In this document: one piece after another, positions 47,075-57,190 of the stretch
Numbering within the stretch: position 1 is the stretch's first letter
Layout of the letters: each line of letters opens with the position of its first letter
Source: an uncultured Fibrobacterota bacterium
Lineage (GTDB): Bacteria; Fibrobacterota; OXYB2-FULL-49-7; CAYNYI01
Direction: 5' to 3'
NCBI GenBank assembly: GCA_964401455.1
Contig: CAYNYI010000002.1
Span: 783 to 64,782 of the forward strand
Length of the DNA stretch: 64,000 bases
Notes under the pieces: model-generated
The model's database searches: none
Told to the model about the DNA's origin: nothing
Seen by the model: the letters and a program-made list of their open reading frames with translations, nothing else
Program-made: the position numbers and the translations under genes

Positions 47075-48970
47075 TCAATCTAAAATGTATTGCAGCATCT
47101 GGTTGGCCAGATCCCATCTTCCTTCATTCTGAAGTTTAGCCGCCTGATCTTTTATGAAAAAACTGGTTTCTTTTTTGCTTAGACCATTGAGGTTTTTTGC
47201 GTAATCCAGCACGGAAAATAAAGCAAAGGTTTCTTCTTTGCCCGCGAGAAGTTCAAGAGTGCTGTTTAGAAAGAAGCTGAAGTTCTCATCTTCCGGCGAT
47301 GTTTTATAAAACTCACCAAGCGCTTCGCGTATATAACCGAGTCTGAGCGCGGCAAGCATAAATATTTCTTTTTCCTGTCCTTTTCTTTCTTTATTTTTGA
47401 GCAACCTGAAAACTTTGCGATAATAAATGTTTGAGTTTTTGCCTTCTTGAGTCAGGATTTCCGCTAAAAAAATGATATCTTTGGCCCCGGCGTCGTTATT
47501 TTTCAGCAGTTCTGACAGAAAAGGCTTTGCTTCATGAGGAGTTTTACTCCAGAATTTTCTTGAAGCCAGAAAGGAGAATATTTCCGGATTATAATAACCG
47601 GACGGAGCGTATTTGCGGTATATATTCTCCGCTGCCGCGGGGTTGTCATTCCAGATGCCGGCGAATACGGCTTTTTCAAAAAGGTCCGGAGTCTCATGCC
47701 CGGATTTCAGCAGGGATTCATATATTTCAGAAGTTCTGTCAAGACGTCCCGCAGCTTCGTATGCCTCAGCCGCTTTAACAGCGAAATCCTTGTTTGATTC
47801 AGGATCTTTTTCATAGAGGTGGAGACATATTTTTATAAGAGGCCCGGTTTCCCCTGTTTCTTCATATAGCCGGGCCAGTTTTTTCATTAAAAAGTCTGAG
47901 GAGTCGCTTTCTAATGCTTTTTCATAGTATTTTAAAGCTTCCGCCGTGTTCCCCAGCCATTCGTATCGGAGCGCTGTTTCTTTCAGTATTTCTATTCTTT
48001 TTTTCCCTGTTAGCTGCTTTGAAATACGGATGAGTTCCTTTATCTCCCTGTTTTTATTTCCGTTCCACTCATAAAGAGACGCAAGCTCTGTTCTTATTGC
48101 CATACTGTCCGGGAAAGTTTTTAGAAATGATTCAAGAAAACCTGAAGCCTCGCCGGGTTTTCCGATTGAGGCAAGGTATCTTCCGGTGCGTAGATGTAAA
48201 TCCGGATCATTCCGATGCTTTAAACAGGCGTTCTTCAATATATCCGCCTTATTCTCCGGCAGTCCTCTGTTACCGTAAAAATCGGCTGCCTCAACATAAG
48301 CGTTGACAGAATACTTGTTTTCCTTGAGAAAACGGTTTATTATCTCGTGCGCCTTTTTTTCGTTATTCTCATATAAAAAAATATCAGCTGCACGTAAAAG
48401 TAATTCCGGGGTCAGCCCGCCTGATTTGAGTATAATACTGATGTCTCCGGTTTTTCCGGAATACGGGTAGATTGAGAAAAGTTTTTCTATGAGGTGTGGC
48501 TTGCCTCCTTCTGCCACTATTCTTACCATCAGAAGCTCTCTTGCGGAATCATAGCGGCCGTTAACACTATAAAAGAAATACAGTTTGCTGAAATGTTCTT
48601 CCCGTCCGGTTTCTTTAAATATCTCTTTTACAGCCTTTGCCGCCCGATCGAAATCACCCTGCCACTCATAAAGCTCTGCAAGCTCTCTATTGTAATCAGC
48701 TTTTTCAGGGTACAGTGTGCTAAGTTTTTCCAGCACCTTTATTCTTTCCGCGGTATTTCCCATTCCGGTATAAAGTTCTTTCAGCGCTGTAAGGGCGATT
48801 CTGCTTTTCGGGTTTTTTGATAGAGCTTTTTCAAGTTTAAGCTTTGCGCTGTCAAATCGGTTAGCCTTTGTCAGAATGACTCCCATCGTTTTCTCGGAAG
48901 GGAGGATTATATATGCCGCGGCAAGCATAGAGAAAATAAACAAAAACAGTCCGGTTTTAGGGATTTTCAC
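47075..48970 (-). CDS. pelB: PelB-like TPR-repeat scaffold, the periplasmic module.
   Basis: 631 aa. Signal or anchor followed by many TPR repeats. Follows the pelA-like genes. Confidence 0.6.
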   Translation of the reverse strand: MKIPKTGLFLFIFSMLAAAYIILPSEKTMGVILTKANRFDSAKLKLEKALSKNPKSRIALTALKELYTGMGNTAERIKVLEKLSTLYPEKADYNRELAELYEWQGDFDRAAKAVKEIFKETGREEHFSKLYFFYSVNGRYDSARELLMVRIVAEGGKPHLIEKLFSIYPYSGKTGDISIILKSGGLTPELLLRAADIFLYENNEKKAHEIINRFLKENKYSVNAYVEAADFYGNRGLPENKADILKNACLKHRNDPDLHLRTGRYLASIGKPGEASGFLESFLKTFPDSMAIRTELASLYEWNGNKNREIKELIRISKQLTGKKRIEILKETALRYEWLGNTAEALKYYEKALESDSSDFLMKKLARLYEETGETGPLIKICLHLYEKDPESNKDFAVKAAEAYEAAGRLDRTSEIYESLLKSGHETPDLFEKAVFAGIWNDNPAAAENIYRKYAPSGYYNPEIFSFLASRKFWSKTPHEAKPFLSELLKNNDAGAKDIIFLAEILTQEGKNSNIYYRKVFRLLKNKERKGQEKEIFMLAALRLGYIREALGEFYKTSPEDENFSFFLNSTLELLAGKEETFALFSVLDYAKNLNGLSKKETSFFIKDQAAKLQNEGRWDLANQMLQYILD

Positions 48971-51060
48971 TATTCCGGCTCCACAATTAACTCAACTTCC
49001 GATCCGGCTGTGATCGGATTTGAGGGTTTTGTCATAATGAGACCGTCCTCAAGCGTCTGCACTTTTGCCGGTATTCCGGCGTATGAGGCTTTCAGTTTTA
49101 CCCCGCCTTTGTTTCTGAAAATAAAAGAGGCGTCGTTCCAATTTCTAAAAACAGTTTTTACGGCTCCTTTATTTTTGCTGTATGACAGAATCTCCGCAGA
49201 GGTTCTGCTAAGTACAATTCCTTTTTCTTTTTCTGCGGGGATAAAACGAATAACTGCTTTCCCGGCCTTTTTCAGAAAAACATACAGGCTGCCTTTGAAA
49301 ATTCTGAATCCGGTAATATTTTTGCTTGCTGCTTCATCCGGAATGCCTTTCCAGTCATCAAACCGTACAGTCAGACAATTTCCGTAATCTTCTATGACCC
49401 AGCCGTTATCGCCTCTATGTATTCTTGACGACATAAAGCCGTTTACCAAAGCGGAATAATCGGAAGCGAACATAGGACTCAGATCTTCATTTTCGAGGCA
49501 ATGCCGATATATCTTTTTAAGGGCGTTCAAAGATGAAAATTTCTCGCCGGAATAAAAATGGTAATAAACATTTACCGGTCTGATTACAGCCGGACTTCCG
49601 GTGTTTTCAAAAGTTTCTATAACCTGTTGAAATCCGTTATAGGGGCCTTTCCAGACATTTGTATATATGGCGTCATTGCTGTTGCTGGTGTAAATCTGTC
49701 GCCATTTCCCTACCTGTCGGATTAAGGGGGAAAGGTGCGCAACAGAATTGAACTTCCTGTCATATCTCGCCGTACCCCCGTTCATATTAAGAAGACCGGC
49801 TTTGTCCGCGTGGTAAAGAGCGTCGCTTTCCGGCCTGCAGTTGCCAGACCAGAATATTATGGGGCAGGTCTTTTTGTAAGGGGTCGCAAGTGAGTCCAAA
49901 AAAGCGGCGGAGCCGGCGATTTCTTTTTCCATATCCACTTCAGGGTATCCGGGTATCGGAATATTATAATGTTCGTAAACTTTGGCCGCTTGTTTCTTTT
50001 GTTCATTGCTCCATACAAAAGGATGGGAAAAAGTATGTGTCGCGATTTCTATATTTGGCAGCGAGGCAATTTTTTTAAAAACTTCAATCCTGGTATTGCT
50101 TCCTTTATAGCGCGGGTCTATCATGGCGGTAATAAATGATGCGCTTACAGGCAGGGGGTTCTTTTTAAGTGCTTCTTCAAGTATTACTTCTCCGCAGAGT
50201 TTACCCGGGGATGTTATTGAAAGCGAAGAAAACCCGTCCCCGTCTATATGAGAATAAAAGATCCGTTTGCCGTTTCTGATGCAGAAATCCATTGCCGGTT
50301 TATTATTTTTACCGAGCGCTTCGTTAAAAAAAGTAAACGGGTTTATAGTGAATCCGTATATTGTAATATCATTTTCCGCTCCCGGGTAAGCCTTCTGCTC
50401 CATCAGAAAATCACCAAGGGCTATAGATCCTTTTCTGCCTGTTATACAAGCATCACTCTTTGACCGGGAGACGCCTTTTACCATAAGTTTCAGCCGGACT
50501 TTATTTAAGGGGTCAATATTCCTCGCTTTAAGAATCTCTACAGCTGGCGCTTTGAGCGGCTTTTCGAAATTAAAAAAAGCAGTGTCTTCATAGAGAATTC
50601 TGTTGCGGAGCGGGTCTTTATAGTAATCGCCGTCATATCTTATGCCCATTCCCGAGAAAATATTCCTGACAAGAACTTCCGGGATTTTTTTTCCGGTTTT
50701 TCTGTCTGCCGACAGGCCGGGTGAACCCCAAATTATTATTCTCGTTCCTTTTTTCAAACAGCCGTTTAAAAAAATCGCATATTCCTCTGCATTGGAAATT
50801 TCGTCTGAATTGAACCAGCTGAAAACCGCAGCGTATTCCCCGGGTTCGACAGGTTCCGGGATTTTTCCGGATATGTCAAGATATTCAAGCCGGAAACCCA
50901 GATAGTTAAAGGTGAATTCGAGATTTCTATGGCACGGAGTATTTTCGTATGATTTGTATGCTTTGCCGTCATAAACCGCAAGTACTTTAGGCGGAGGAAC
51001 AAATATTCCGCTTTGCGCGTAAATAACGAAAAATAATAGATTAAAGAGGCATTTTTTCAC
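48970..51060 (-). CDS. pelA: PelA C-terminal-like CE4 polysaccharide deacetylase protein.
   Basis: 696 aa with its own signal peptide. CE4 motifs HIDGDG and HTFSHPF are present. It overlaps the GH114 gene by 20 nt in a different frame. Confidence 0.65.
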   Translation of the reverse strand: MKKCLFNLLFFVIYAQSGIFVPPPKVLAVYDGKAYKSYENTPCHRNLEFTFNYLGFRLEYLDISGKIPEPVEPGEYAAVFSWFNSDEISNAEEYAIFLNGCLKKGTRIIIWGSPGLSADRKTGKKIPEVLVRNIFSGMGIRYDGDYYKDPLRNRILYEDTAFFNFEKPLKAPAVEILKARNIDPLNKVRLKLMVKGVSRSKSDACITGRKGSIALGDFLMEQKAYPGAENDITIYGFTINPFTFFNEALGKNNKPAMDFCIRNGKRIFYSHIDGDGFSSLSITSPGKLCGEVILEEALKKNPLPVSASFITAMIDPRYKGSNTRIEVFKKIASLPNIEIATHTFSHPFVWSNEQKKQAAKVYEHYNIPIPGYPEVDMEKEIAGSAAFLDSLATPYKKTCPIIFWSGNCRPESDALYHADKAGLLNMNGGTARYDRKFNSVAHLSPLIRQVGKWRQIYTSNSNDAIYTNVWKGPYNGFQQVIETFENTGSPAVIRPVNVYYHFYSGEKFSSLNALKKIYRHCLENEDLSPMFASDYSALVNGFMSSRIHRGDNGWVIEDYGNCLTVRFDDWKGIPDEAASKNITGFRIFKGSLYVFLKKAGKAVIRFIPAEKEKGIVLSRTSAEILSYSKNKGAVKTVFRNWNDASFIFRNKGGVKLKASYAGIPAKVQTLEDGLIMTKPSNPITAGSEVELIVEPE

Positions 51061-51910
51061 AGCCGAAGTACTCCTTTAGACTGATTTCTGAATGAAAGGG
51101 CAAAAAGCCGTGTTTTCTGCATTCGATGAGTGAATATTCCCGGAGCCGGCTTTCTTTGTTTTCCATGTAATCAAGCACCAGCACCGGTTTTCCTGATGTT
51201 ATTTCCGGATTATTTTTTATGAATCCTATTCTTTTCTTTCTCCAGTTTTCATCTGTCTTGTTATATGTTCCCGTGTCAAAATCATAGGCGGTATTGAGGC
51301 CCTCAAGGCAGTATACGTCAAAAAATTTTCCGATTTTTTTAACCGCCCGCATTCCGTTATTGGATATGAGTATTATTTCGGGAAAGGTCTCTTTGACTTC
51401 GGCAATAAAAGAAGCCAGGGAATCTTCGCATCCTTTGTATTTGAGCGGATATTTCTCCTCAAGAAATAACGGAGAATCGATTGTGTCGAAAAAGAGCGCT
51501 TTATACCCCTTCGAGAGAATTTTAGGAATGATTCTTCTTATAAGAAGCTCCCTCCATTTACGGGAGCGAATATCAACGAAAAAGTCATTTTCCCAGTTCT
51601 CATTTTCAGGTCCTATGAAATCGGAATTTTCTATAAGGGGCCAGTACCAGCGGAACTTTTCCGCCTCACCTATGCTTACATATCCGGCAAAAAGCGTTCC
51701 GCTGTTTACGGGAGGGAAAAACCCACTGATATCCGGTTCAACCACCGCTATATGGCATTCATTGAGATTTCGAAGTACCTCAGGGTCTTTTCCATAATAA
51801 CATGCCCATGAAGCGGGTTTATCGAGACCTGGTCTTACTGTTGTATTGCGGCATGAATAAAAAAAGCTCATAAGCAAAAAGGCAGAAGCGACGGTTTTTA
51901 TTAGACTCAT
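51041..51910 (-). CDS. GH114-family glycoside hydrolase, PelA N-terminal hydrolase-like, encoded as a separate protein.
   Basis: 289 aa with a signal peptide. GH114 signatures WACYYG, YVSIGEAEKFRWYW and NWENDFFVDIRSRKWRELL...YKALFFDTIDS. Confidence 0.65.
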   Translation of the reverse strand: MSLIKTVASAFLLMSFFYSCRNTTVRPGLDKPASWACYYGKDPEVLRNLNECHIAVVEPDISGFFPPVNSGTLFAGYVSIGEAEKFRWYWPLIENSDFIGPENENWENDFFVDIRSRKWRELLIRRIIPKILSKGYKALFFDTIDSPLFLEEKYPLKYKGCEDSLASFIAEVKETFPEIILISNNGMRAVKKIGKFFDVYCLEGLNTAYDFDTGTYNKTDENWRKKRIGFIKNNPEITSGKPVLVLDYMENKESRLREYSLIECRKHGFLPFHSEISLKEYFGCEKMPL

Positions 51911-51936
51911 AATGATTGTTTTCAGGAAGCCGGTTC

Positions 51937-52524
51937 TTAGGAACGCAGTTCGGAATCATCTGTTACTATTCCGACAGCTTCACTGTAAAGTACGCTAATC
52001 GCTACAGCTGAAAGAGGGATTGTTATAAGTAGACCAAGTCCCATAGGAATCAATCCCGCAAAATTCAAAATAAGAAGAATTATTGTGAAAAAAGCATAAC
52101 GGGCAAAATTTCTCCCCGTAATATTTCTTGATTCCTCCATTGCCTTCCAGAAGCCCATTTTTCGGTCTATTATAAGCGGCGCGGCCAGAATATAGGAAAT
52201 GCAGAAATAAATGCCGGGAATGACGAGAATGAAAAAGCCGACAATGATAATAGCACCGGCTGCGATCACAAAGAGAGCCATTGGCGCGAAATGTTCAATT
52301 ATCGCAAAAAAATCATGAAAATCGGTTTTCAGGCTTTTTATGTGCTTGAAGCTGACGATTATATACCCGCCGCTCATTATTGCCGCAAGAACAAAACCAG
52401 CGATCGGGATAACAGTAAGAAGCGAAAGTATTACGAGGTATCCGAAGAAATAGAAAAAGTTATCCTTAAGAATATTCCAGCTGGTATTCAGTACCTCAAA
52501 TGTATCAAATTCTTTGTTCTGCAA
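51937..52524 (-). CDS. Polytopic membrane protein of unknown function. It is the first gene of the minus-strand pel transcription unit.
   Basis: 195 aa with five or six TM helices. A GGAGG RBS is present. A 26-nt gap separates it from the GH114 gene. Confidence 0.6.
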   Translation of the reverse strand: MQNKEFDTFEVLNTSWNILKDNFFYFFGYLVILSLLTVIPIAGFVLAAIMSGGYIIVSFKHIKSLKTDFHDFFAIIEHFAPMALFVIAAGAIIIVGFFILVIPGIYFCISYILAAPLIIDRKMGFWKAMEESRNITGRNFARYAFFTIILLILNFAGLIPMGLGLLITIPLSAVAISVLYSEAVGIVTDDSELRS

Positions 52525-52543
52525 TAGACCTCCGGTTTAGTCT

Positions 52544-52572
52544 AAAATAAACAAAAGAGTCCGCTCTGTCAA
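52544..52572 (-). promoter_or_regulatory. Candidate sigma70-like promoter for the membrane-protein and pel operon.
   Basis: On the minus strand, TTGACA (52567-52572) is followed by 17 nt and then TATTTT (52544-52549), ahead of a GGAGG RBS. Confidence 0.3.
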
Positions 52573-52658
52573 ATTAAAAGCGCTGATTGACTTTGCCTAT
52601 TGTAAATAGTATCTTTTTACGTCTATTTTGTTAATTGTCACAACCATTTGGAGAAGCA

Positions 52659-53639
52659 ATGTCAGAAATGACTTATAAGTCCTCGGGTGTTGATATTGAA
52701 GCCGGTTACGAGGCGGTCGGCCGCATTAAGAACGAGGTTAAGTCCACTTACACTAAAGGTGTTATCGGTGATCTCGGGGGCTTCGGGGGTATGTTTTCCG
52801 GAAAGTTCGAAGGTATGGAAGACCCGGTGCTTGTATCAGCTACAGACGGAGTCGGTACTAAATTAATGGCTGCTTTTGAACTGGACCGACATGAGACTGT
52901 AGGAATCGACCTCGTTGCCATGAGTGTTAACGATGTTGTGGTATGCGGAGCAAAACCGCTTTTTTTTCTTGATTACATTGCTGTAAATAAGCTGGAGCCC
53001 TATAAAGTCGAGAATATAGTTAAAGGCATTACAAAAGCCTGCCGTGAGACAGGAACCGCTCTTATCGGAGGGGAAATGGCTGAGATGGGAGCTTTGTATA
53101 ATCCGGGGCACTATGATCTTGCCGGTTTTTGCGTGGGTGTGGTGGACAGAAAAGATATTATAGACGGAAGCAGGGTAAGCCCCGGTGATGTAATCTACGG
53201 ACTTCCTTCGTCCGGAATCCACTCCAACGGATTTTCTCTTGTCAGAAAGATTCTGGATCATGCTGAAATGTCGTTCAGCGCATACGGAGAAAAACTTCTC
53301 GTTCCCACGCGGCTCTACGTGAACGATGTAATGAACGCTGTTGAAAATTTCAAGGTCAATGCTATTGCCCATATTACCGGAGGCGGTCTTCGTGAAAATG
53401 TTTCGCGGGTGCTTAAAGAAAGATATGATGCGGTCATAAGAAAGGATTCCTGGAATGTTCCTGAAATATTCAGGGAACTTCAGGAGATGGGCAGTATCGA
53501 AGAAAATGAAATGTTTAAAGTTTTCAATATGGGAATTGGTCTTGCACTTATAATGCCGCCTGAAGATGCGAACAGAATGAAAGGCGGGAAAATAATCGGA
53601 AAAATCACCGAAGGAAGCGGAGAGGTTATTATAAAATGA
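52659..53639 (+). CDS. purM: Phosphoribosylformylglycinamidine cyclo-ligase (AIR synthetase).
   Basis: N-terminus MSEMTYKSSGVDIEAG and PurM signatures (GDLGGFGG, LVAMSVNDV). Start taken at ATG 52659, which has a GGAGAAG RBS. Confidence 0.9.
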   Translation: MSEMTYKSSGVDIEAGYEAVGRIKNEVKSTYTKGVIGDLGGFGGMFSGKFEGMEDPVLVSATDGVGTKLMAAFELDRHETVGIDLVAMSVNDVVVCGAKPLFFLDYIAVNKLEPYKVENIVKGITKACRETGTALIGGEMAEMGALYNPGHYDLAGFCVGVVDRKDIIDGSRVSPGDVIYGLPSSGIHSNGFSLVRKILDHAEMSFSAYGEKLLVPTRLYVNDVMNAVENFKVNAIAHITGGGLRENVSRVLKERYDAVIRKDSWNVPEIFRELQEMGSIEENEMFKVFNMGIGLALIMPPEDANRMKGGKIIGKITEGSGEVIIK

Positions 53640-55144
53640 ATAAAAAGCCTTTATGTCTGATAATTATGGACGGCTGGGGAGTTGCTCCCGCCGATAACAG
53701 AAACGCTCTGGCCAAAGCGCACACACCCGAACTCGACAGGCTTTTCGAGAAATACCCGTCATCTGAGCTAAGGGCCGAGGGGCTGAATGTCGGTCTGCCC
53801 GAGGGCAACCAGGGGAACTCTGAAGTCGGTCATCTTAACCTTGGTGCCGGAAGAATAGTAAAACAGATGCTTGTGCGCATCGATGACGACATTGAGTCCG
53901 GAGAATTTTTCAACAATCCGGTACTGCGGGAAACTGTGTCTTACTGTCTTGAAAAAGACTCGGCACTTCATCTTATGGGGCTTATTCAGGATCAGGGAGT
54001 ACATGCCGTGACTCGTCATGCGGCGGCGCTACTCCGCTTATGTGCGAAGGAGGGGCTCGGGAAGGTTTTTATTCACGTTATTTCGGATGGCCGGGATACT
54101 CCTCCGCGCTCGGCAAAGGAGCATATAACAGAACTGGAAAAAGCTGTGAAAGAATCCGGAGTCGGAGAAATCGCGACATTGACCGGACGCTATTACGCGA
54201 TGGATCGCGATAATAATTATGATAGGGTGAAGATAGCTTATGACACGTTGACTTCGCCGGGAGAGAATTCATTCCCCGGCTGGCGTGAGGCGCTCGAAGA
54301 TGCCTATGGCGCGGGAGAGAATGATGAATTTATTAAACCCCGGATTGTAGGAAGTTTTAGCGGAATAAAAGACGGTGACGCTGTTATTAATTTTAATTTC
54401 CGCCTTGACCGCGCCCGTGAGATAACTCATGCCTTTACAGATTCGGATTTTTCCGGTTTTGAAAGAAAAAAGATCGATTTAAAATACACCGCTTTTACCT
54501 CATACTACGATGACGGTGATTTCAGTGTCGCTTTTCCGCCGGCTTCTCAGGACAATATTCTCGGGAAGGTGCTTGCCGATAACGGTCTCAAGCAGCTTCG
54601 CTGCGCTGAGACCGAGAAATACGCTCATGTCACTTTTTTCTTTAATGATTCCGATGAGACTCCTTTTGAAGGTGAAAAGAGGATCGTTGTCCCTTCTCCT
54701 AAAGTCGCGACATATGACATGAAGCCGGAGATGAGCGCGTTTGAAGTCCGGGATAAACTTCTTGAAGCTATTGATTCGGAAGAGCATGATGTAATAATTG
54801 TCAATTTCGCAAACGGAGATATGGTAGGGCATACAGGAGTTTTCGATGCTGTCGTCAAAGCGGGTGAGGCTGTCGATAAATGTGTCGGAGAAGTTACCGG
54901 GTCGGTTCTGTCAAAGGGAGGCTCAGTAATAATAACTGCCGACCACGGCAACGCTGAGTGCATGATGCTTGATGACGGCAGCCCTATGACGGCGCATACT
55001 ACTAATCCTGTACCTGTCATTATCTGTGGAACAGAAGCCGCGCAAATAAGGAGCGGAGGAAAGCTTTGCGATGTCGCTCCCACAATGTGCCGGATTCTTG
55101 GGATTGAAATTCCGGAAGAGATGCAGGGTTCACCGCTTTTTTAA
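53636..55144 (+). CDS. gpmI: 2,3-bisphosphoglycerate-independent phosphoglycerate mutase.
   Basis: 502 aa. iPGM motifs LIIMDGWG and [13 protein letters not shown], with a C-terminal phosphatase domain. Confidence 0.9.
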   Translation: MNKKPLCLIIMDGWGVAPADNRNALAKAHTPELDRLFEKYPSSELRAEGLNVGLPEGNQGNSEVGHLNLGAGRIVKQMLVRIDDDIESGEFFNNPVLRETVSYCLEKDSALHLMGLIQDQGVHAVTRHAAALLRLCAKEGLGKVFIHVISDGRDTPPRSAKEHITELEKAVKESGVGEIATLTGRYYAMDRDNNYDRVKIAYDTLTSPGENSFPGWREALEDAYGAGENDEFIKPRIVGSFSGIKDGDAVINFNFRLDRAREITHAFTDSDFSGFERKKIDLKYTAFTSYYDDGDFSVAFPPASQDNILGKVLADNGLKQLRCAETEKYAHVTFFFNDSDETPFEGEKRIVVPSPKVATYDMKPEMSAFEVRDKLLEAIDSEEHDVIIVNFANGDMVGHTGVFDAVVKAGEAVDKCVGEVTGSVLSKGGSVIITADHGNAECMMLDDGSPMTAHTTNPVPVIICGTEAAQIRSGGKLCDVAPTMCRILGIEIPEEMQGSPLF

Positions 55145-55148
55145 AAAT

Positions 55149-56549
55149 ATGCAGCAGCTTAAACTTTATAACACCGCATCACGCACTAAAGAAACTTTTC
55201 GGCCTCTCGAAGGTCGCAAAGTAGGGTTGTATACTTGCGGGCCTACTGTTTATAACTATGCCCATATCGGAAATCTGCGAACATATGTTTTCGAAGATCT
55301 TTTAAAACGTACACTCCGGATTTCCGGTTATGATGTAAACCATGTTTGCAATATAACCGATGTCGGTCATCTGGTATCAGACGCCGATGATGGTGAGGAT
55401 AAAATGCAGAAAGGTGCAGAGCGTGAAGGCCGCTCCGTGTGGGATATTGCAGAGCATTATACGGAAGCCTTTAAGTCCGACATCTCTAAATTGAACATTC
55501 TTGAGCCCGGGGTATGGTGCCGGGCTACAGAACATATAAAAGAACAGATTGGGCTTGTCGCGACCCTGGAAAAAAAAGGCTTTACTTATAAAGCGGAAGA
55601 CGGGATTTATTTCGATACTTCAAAATTTCCCGATTATTCAAAATTCGCCGGACTTGATCTTGAGAATATAAAAGCAGGCGCGAGAGTTAAAATGACGGCC
55701 GGGAAAAAAAGTCCGACAGACTTTGCGCTCTGGAAGTTCAGCCCGGAAAAGGGTCCTCAAAGAGCTATGGAGTGGGACAGCCCTTGGGGGAAAGGGTTCC
55801 CGGGGTGGCATATCGAGTGCTCGGCCATGGCAATGAAATACCTCGGAGAGACGTTTGATATTCATTGCGGGGGCATAGACCATGTACCGGTTCACCATAC
55901 AAATGAAATTGCACAGGCCGAAGCCGCGACCGGTAAAAAATTCGCGAATTTCTGGCTTCACGGCGAATTTCTTATTCTGGATAAAGGAAAGATGTCTAAG
56001 TCCGGAGAGGATTTTCTTACTCTTAATGTCCTTGAACAAAAGGGTTACAATCCGCTTGCCTACAGATACATGCTTCTTATGGCGCATTACCGCTCTCCTC
56101 TCAAATTTAGTTTTGAGGCGATGGAAGCGGCGGCTCATGGGTACTCATCTCTTTTAGAAAAGGCTTCAGAAGCCTGCCGTTGCAAAAAGCCGCCCGATCC
56201 GGCAAAAGCTGATGAATATAGAAATAGATTCTATGATTCTATAAACGATGATTTGAATACTCCGAAGGCTCTGGCAGTTCTTCAGGCAGCATTGAAAGAC
56301 CACGAACTGGGCGGAGATGCTTGCAGGGCTTTTATATCGGAAGTCGATAATGTTCTCGGCCTGGGCCTTGATGCTGTTCTCACGACGCGAGAAGAAACTC
56401 CGACCGAGATAAACGATCTTCTTGAAAAAAGAAAAACCGCCAGAGAACGAAAGGATTTTGCGGAAGCCGACGCTATCCGGGATCGTCTCAAAGACCTGGG
56501 GGTTATTATTAAAGATACTCCTGAGGGGGTTATCTGGCATAAAATATAG
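55149..56549 (+). CDS. cysS: Cysteinyl-tRNA synthetase.
   Basis: HIGN motif ([12 protein letters not shown]), KMSKS and the Zn-binding region. Start at ATG 55149 (MQQLKLYNT). Confidence 0.9.
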   Translation: MQQLKLYNTASRTKETFRPLEGRKVGLYTCGPTVYNYAHIGNLRTYVFEDLLKRTLRISGYDVNHVCNITDVGHLVSDADDGEDKMQKGAEREGRSVWDIAEHYTEAFKSDISKLNILEPGVWCRATEHIKEQIGLVATLEKKGFTYKAEDGIYFDTSKFPDYSKFAGLDLENIKAGARVKMTAGKKSPTDFALWKFSPEKGPQRAMEWDSPWGKGFPGWHIECSAMAMKYLGETFDIHCGGIDHVPVHHTNEIAQAEAATGKKFANFWLHGEFLILDKGKMSKSGEDFLTLNVLEQKGYNPLAYRYMLLMAHYRSPLKFSFEAMEAAAHGYSSLLEKASEACRCKKPPDPAKADEYRNRFYDSINDDLNTPKALAVLQAALKDHELGGDACRAFISEVDNVLGLGLDAVLTTREETPTEINDLLEKRKTARERKDFAEADAIRDRLKDLGVIIKDTPEGVIWHKI

Positions 56550-56581
56550 GGATTTTACAGCTTATTTATATCGGAGGAATT

Positions 56582-57160
56582 ATGGCCACGAAAAAAAACG
56601 AAAAGAACGATGAAAAAAACAGGATCGACGAGATAATTGAGAAAAAAAATCTTGAGAACCGAGAAATATATATATGGGGTGGAATAGATGATGAAAGCGC
56701 CGAAAAGGCGGTGAAAAAAATAAGATACCTTGATTCTCTTGAAAAGGCCGATATCCGTCTGTTCATAAACAGTCCGGGAGGAGTTATTTCTTCGGGTCTG
56801 GCCATTGTTGACGCTATGAATTCGGCGGCTTCCGATGTTTCTACAATATGCATGGGGCAGGCTGCTAGTATGGGAGCCGTTTTGCTCGCAGTGGGGAAGA
56901 AAGGTAAAAGATTTATATGGCCTAATGCGAGGGTCATGATTCACCAGCCTCTTATTTCCGGACAGATGTTCGCTCCGGCATCGGATATCGAAATTCAGGC
57001 AGAAGAAATGCTCAGAATAAGAGAAAGCCTGAATAAAATTCTTTCCGGGGCAACGGGGAAAAAACTCGAAGAAATTGAGCATGATACAGACAGGGATTTC
57101 TTCATGGGTGCTGATGAATCCATCAAATACGGAATTGTTGACAAACACTGGAAAGACTGA
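56582..57160 (+). CDS. clpP: ATP-dependent Clp protease proteolytic subunit.
   Basis: Catalytic Ser in GQAASMG and catalytic His in MIHQP. 192 aa. Confidence 0.85.
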   Translation: MATKKNEKNDEKNRIDEIIEKKNLENREIYIWGGIDDESAEKAVKKIRYLDSLEKADIRLFINSPGGVISSGLAIVDAMNSAASDVSTICMGQAASMGAVLLAVGKKGKRFIWPNARVMIHQPLISGQMFAPASDIEIQAEEMLRIRESLNKILSGATGKKLEEIEHDTDRDFFMGADESIKYGIVDKHWKD

Positions 57161-57190
57161 CTCGCCTGAGTCTAAACCGGAGCGGCGCCG

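Noticed and set aside
47049-51060. Split pelA (GH114 / CE4) and split pelB (TPR / barrel) as frameshift pseudogenes.
   Set aside because: Each downstream piece begins with its own Met and signal peptide and the ORFs are full length. This is more consistent with genuinely separate genes than with a recent frameshift, though read-level confirmation is still advisable.
54573-54580. Sigma-28-like GCCGATAA and GCCGATAT -10 boxes at 54573 and about 16209.
   Set aside because: Both lie inside coding sequence (gpmI, mpl) with no TAAA -35 element at the right spacing. They are chance matches.
56582-57160. clpP as part of a clpP-clpX operon.
   Set aside because: No clpX follows; the next gene is a GT2 glycosyltransferase. 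Only clpP is called.
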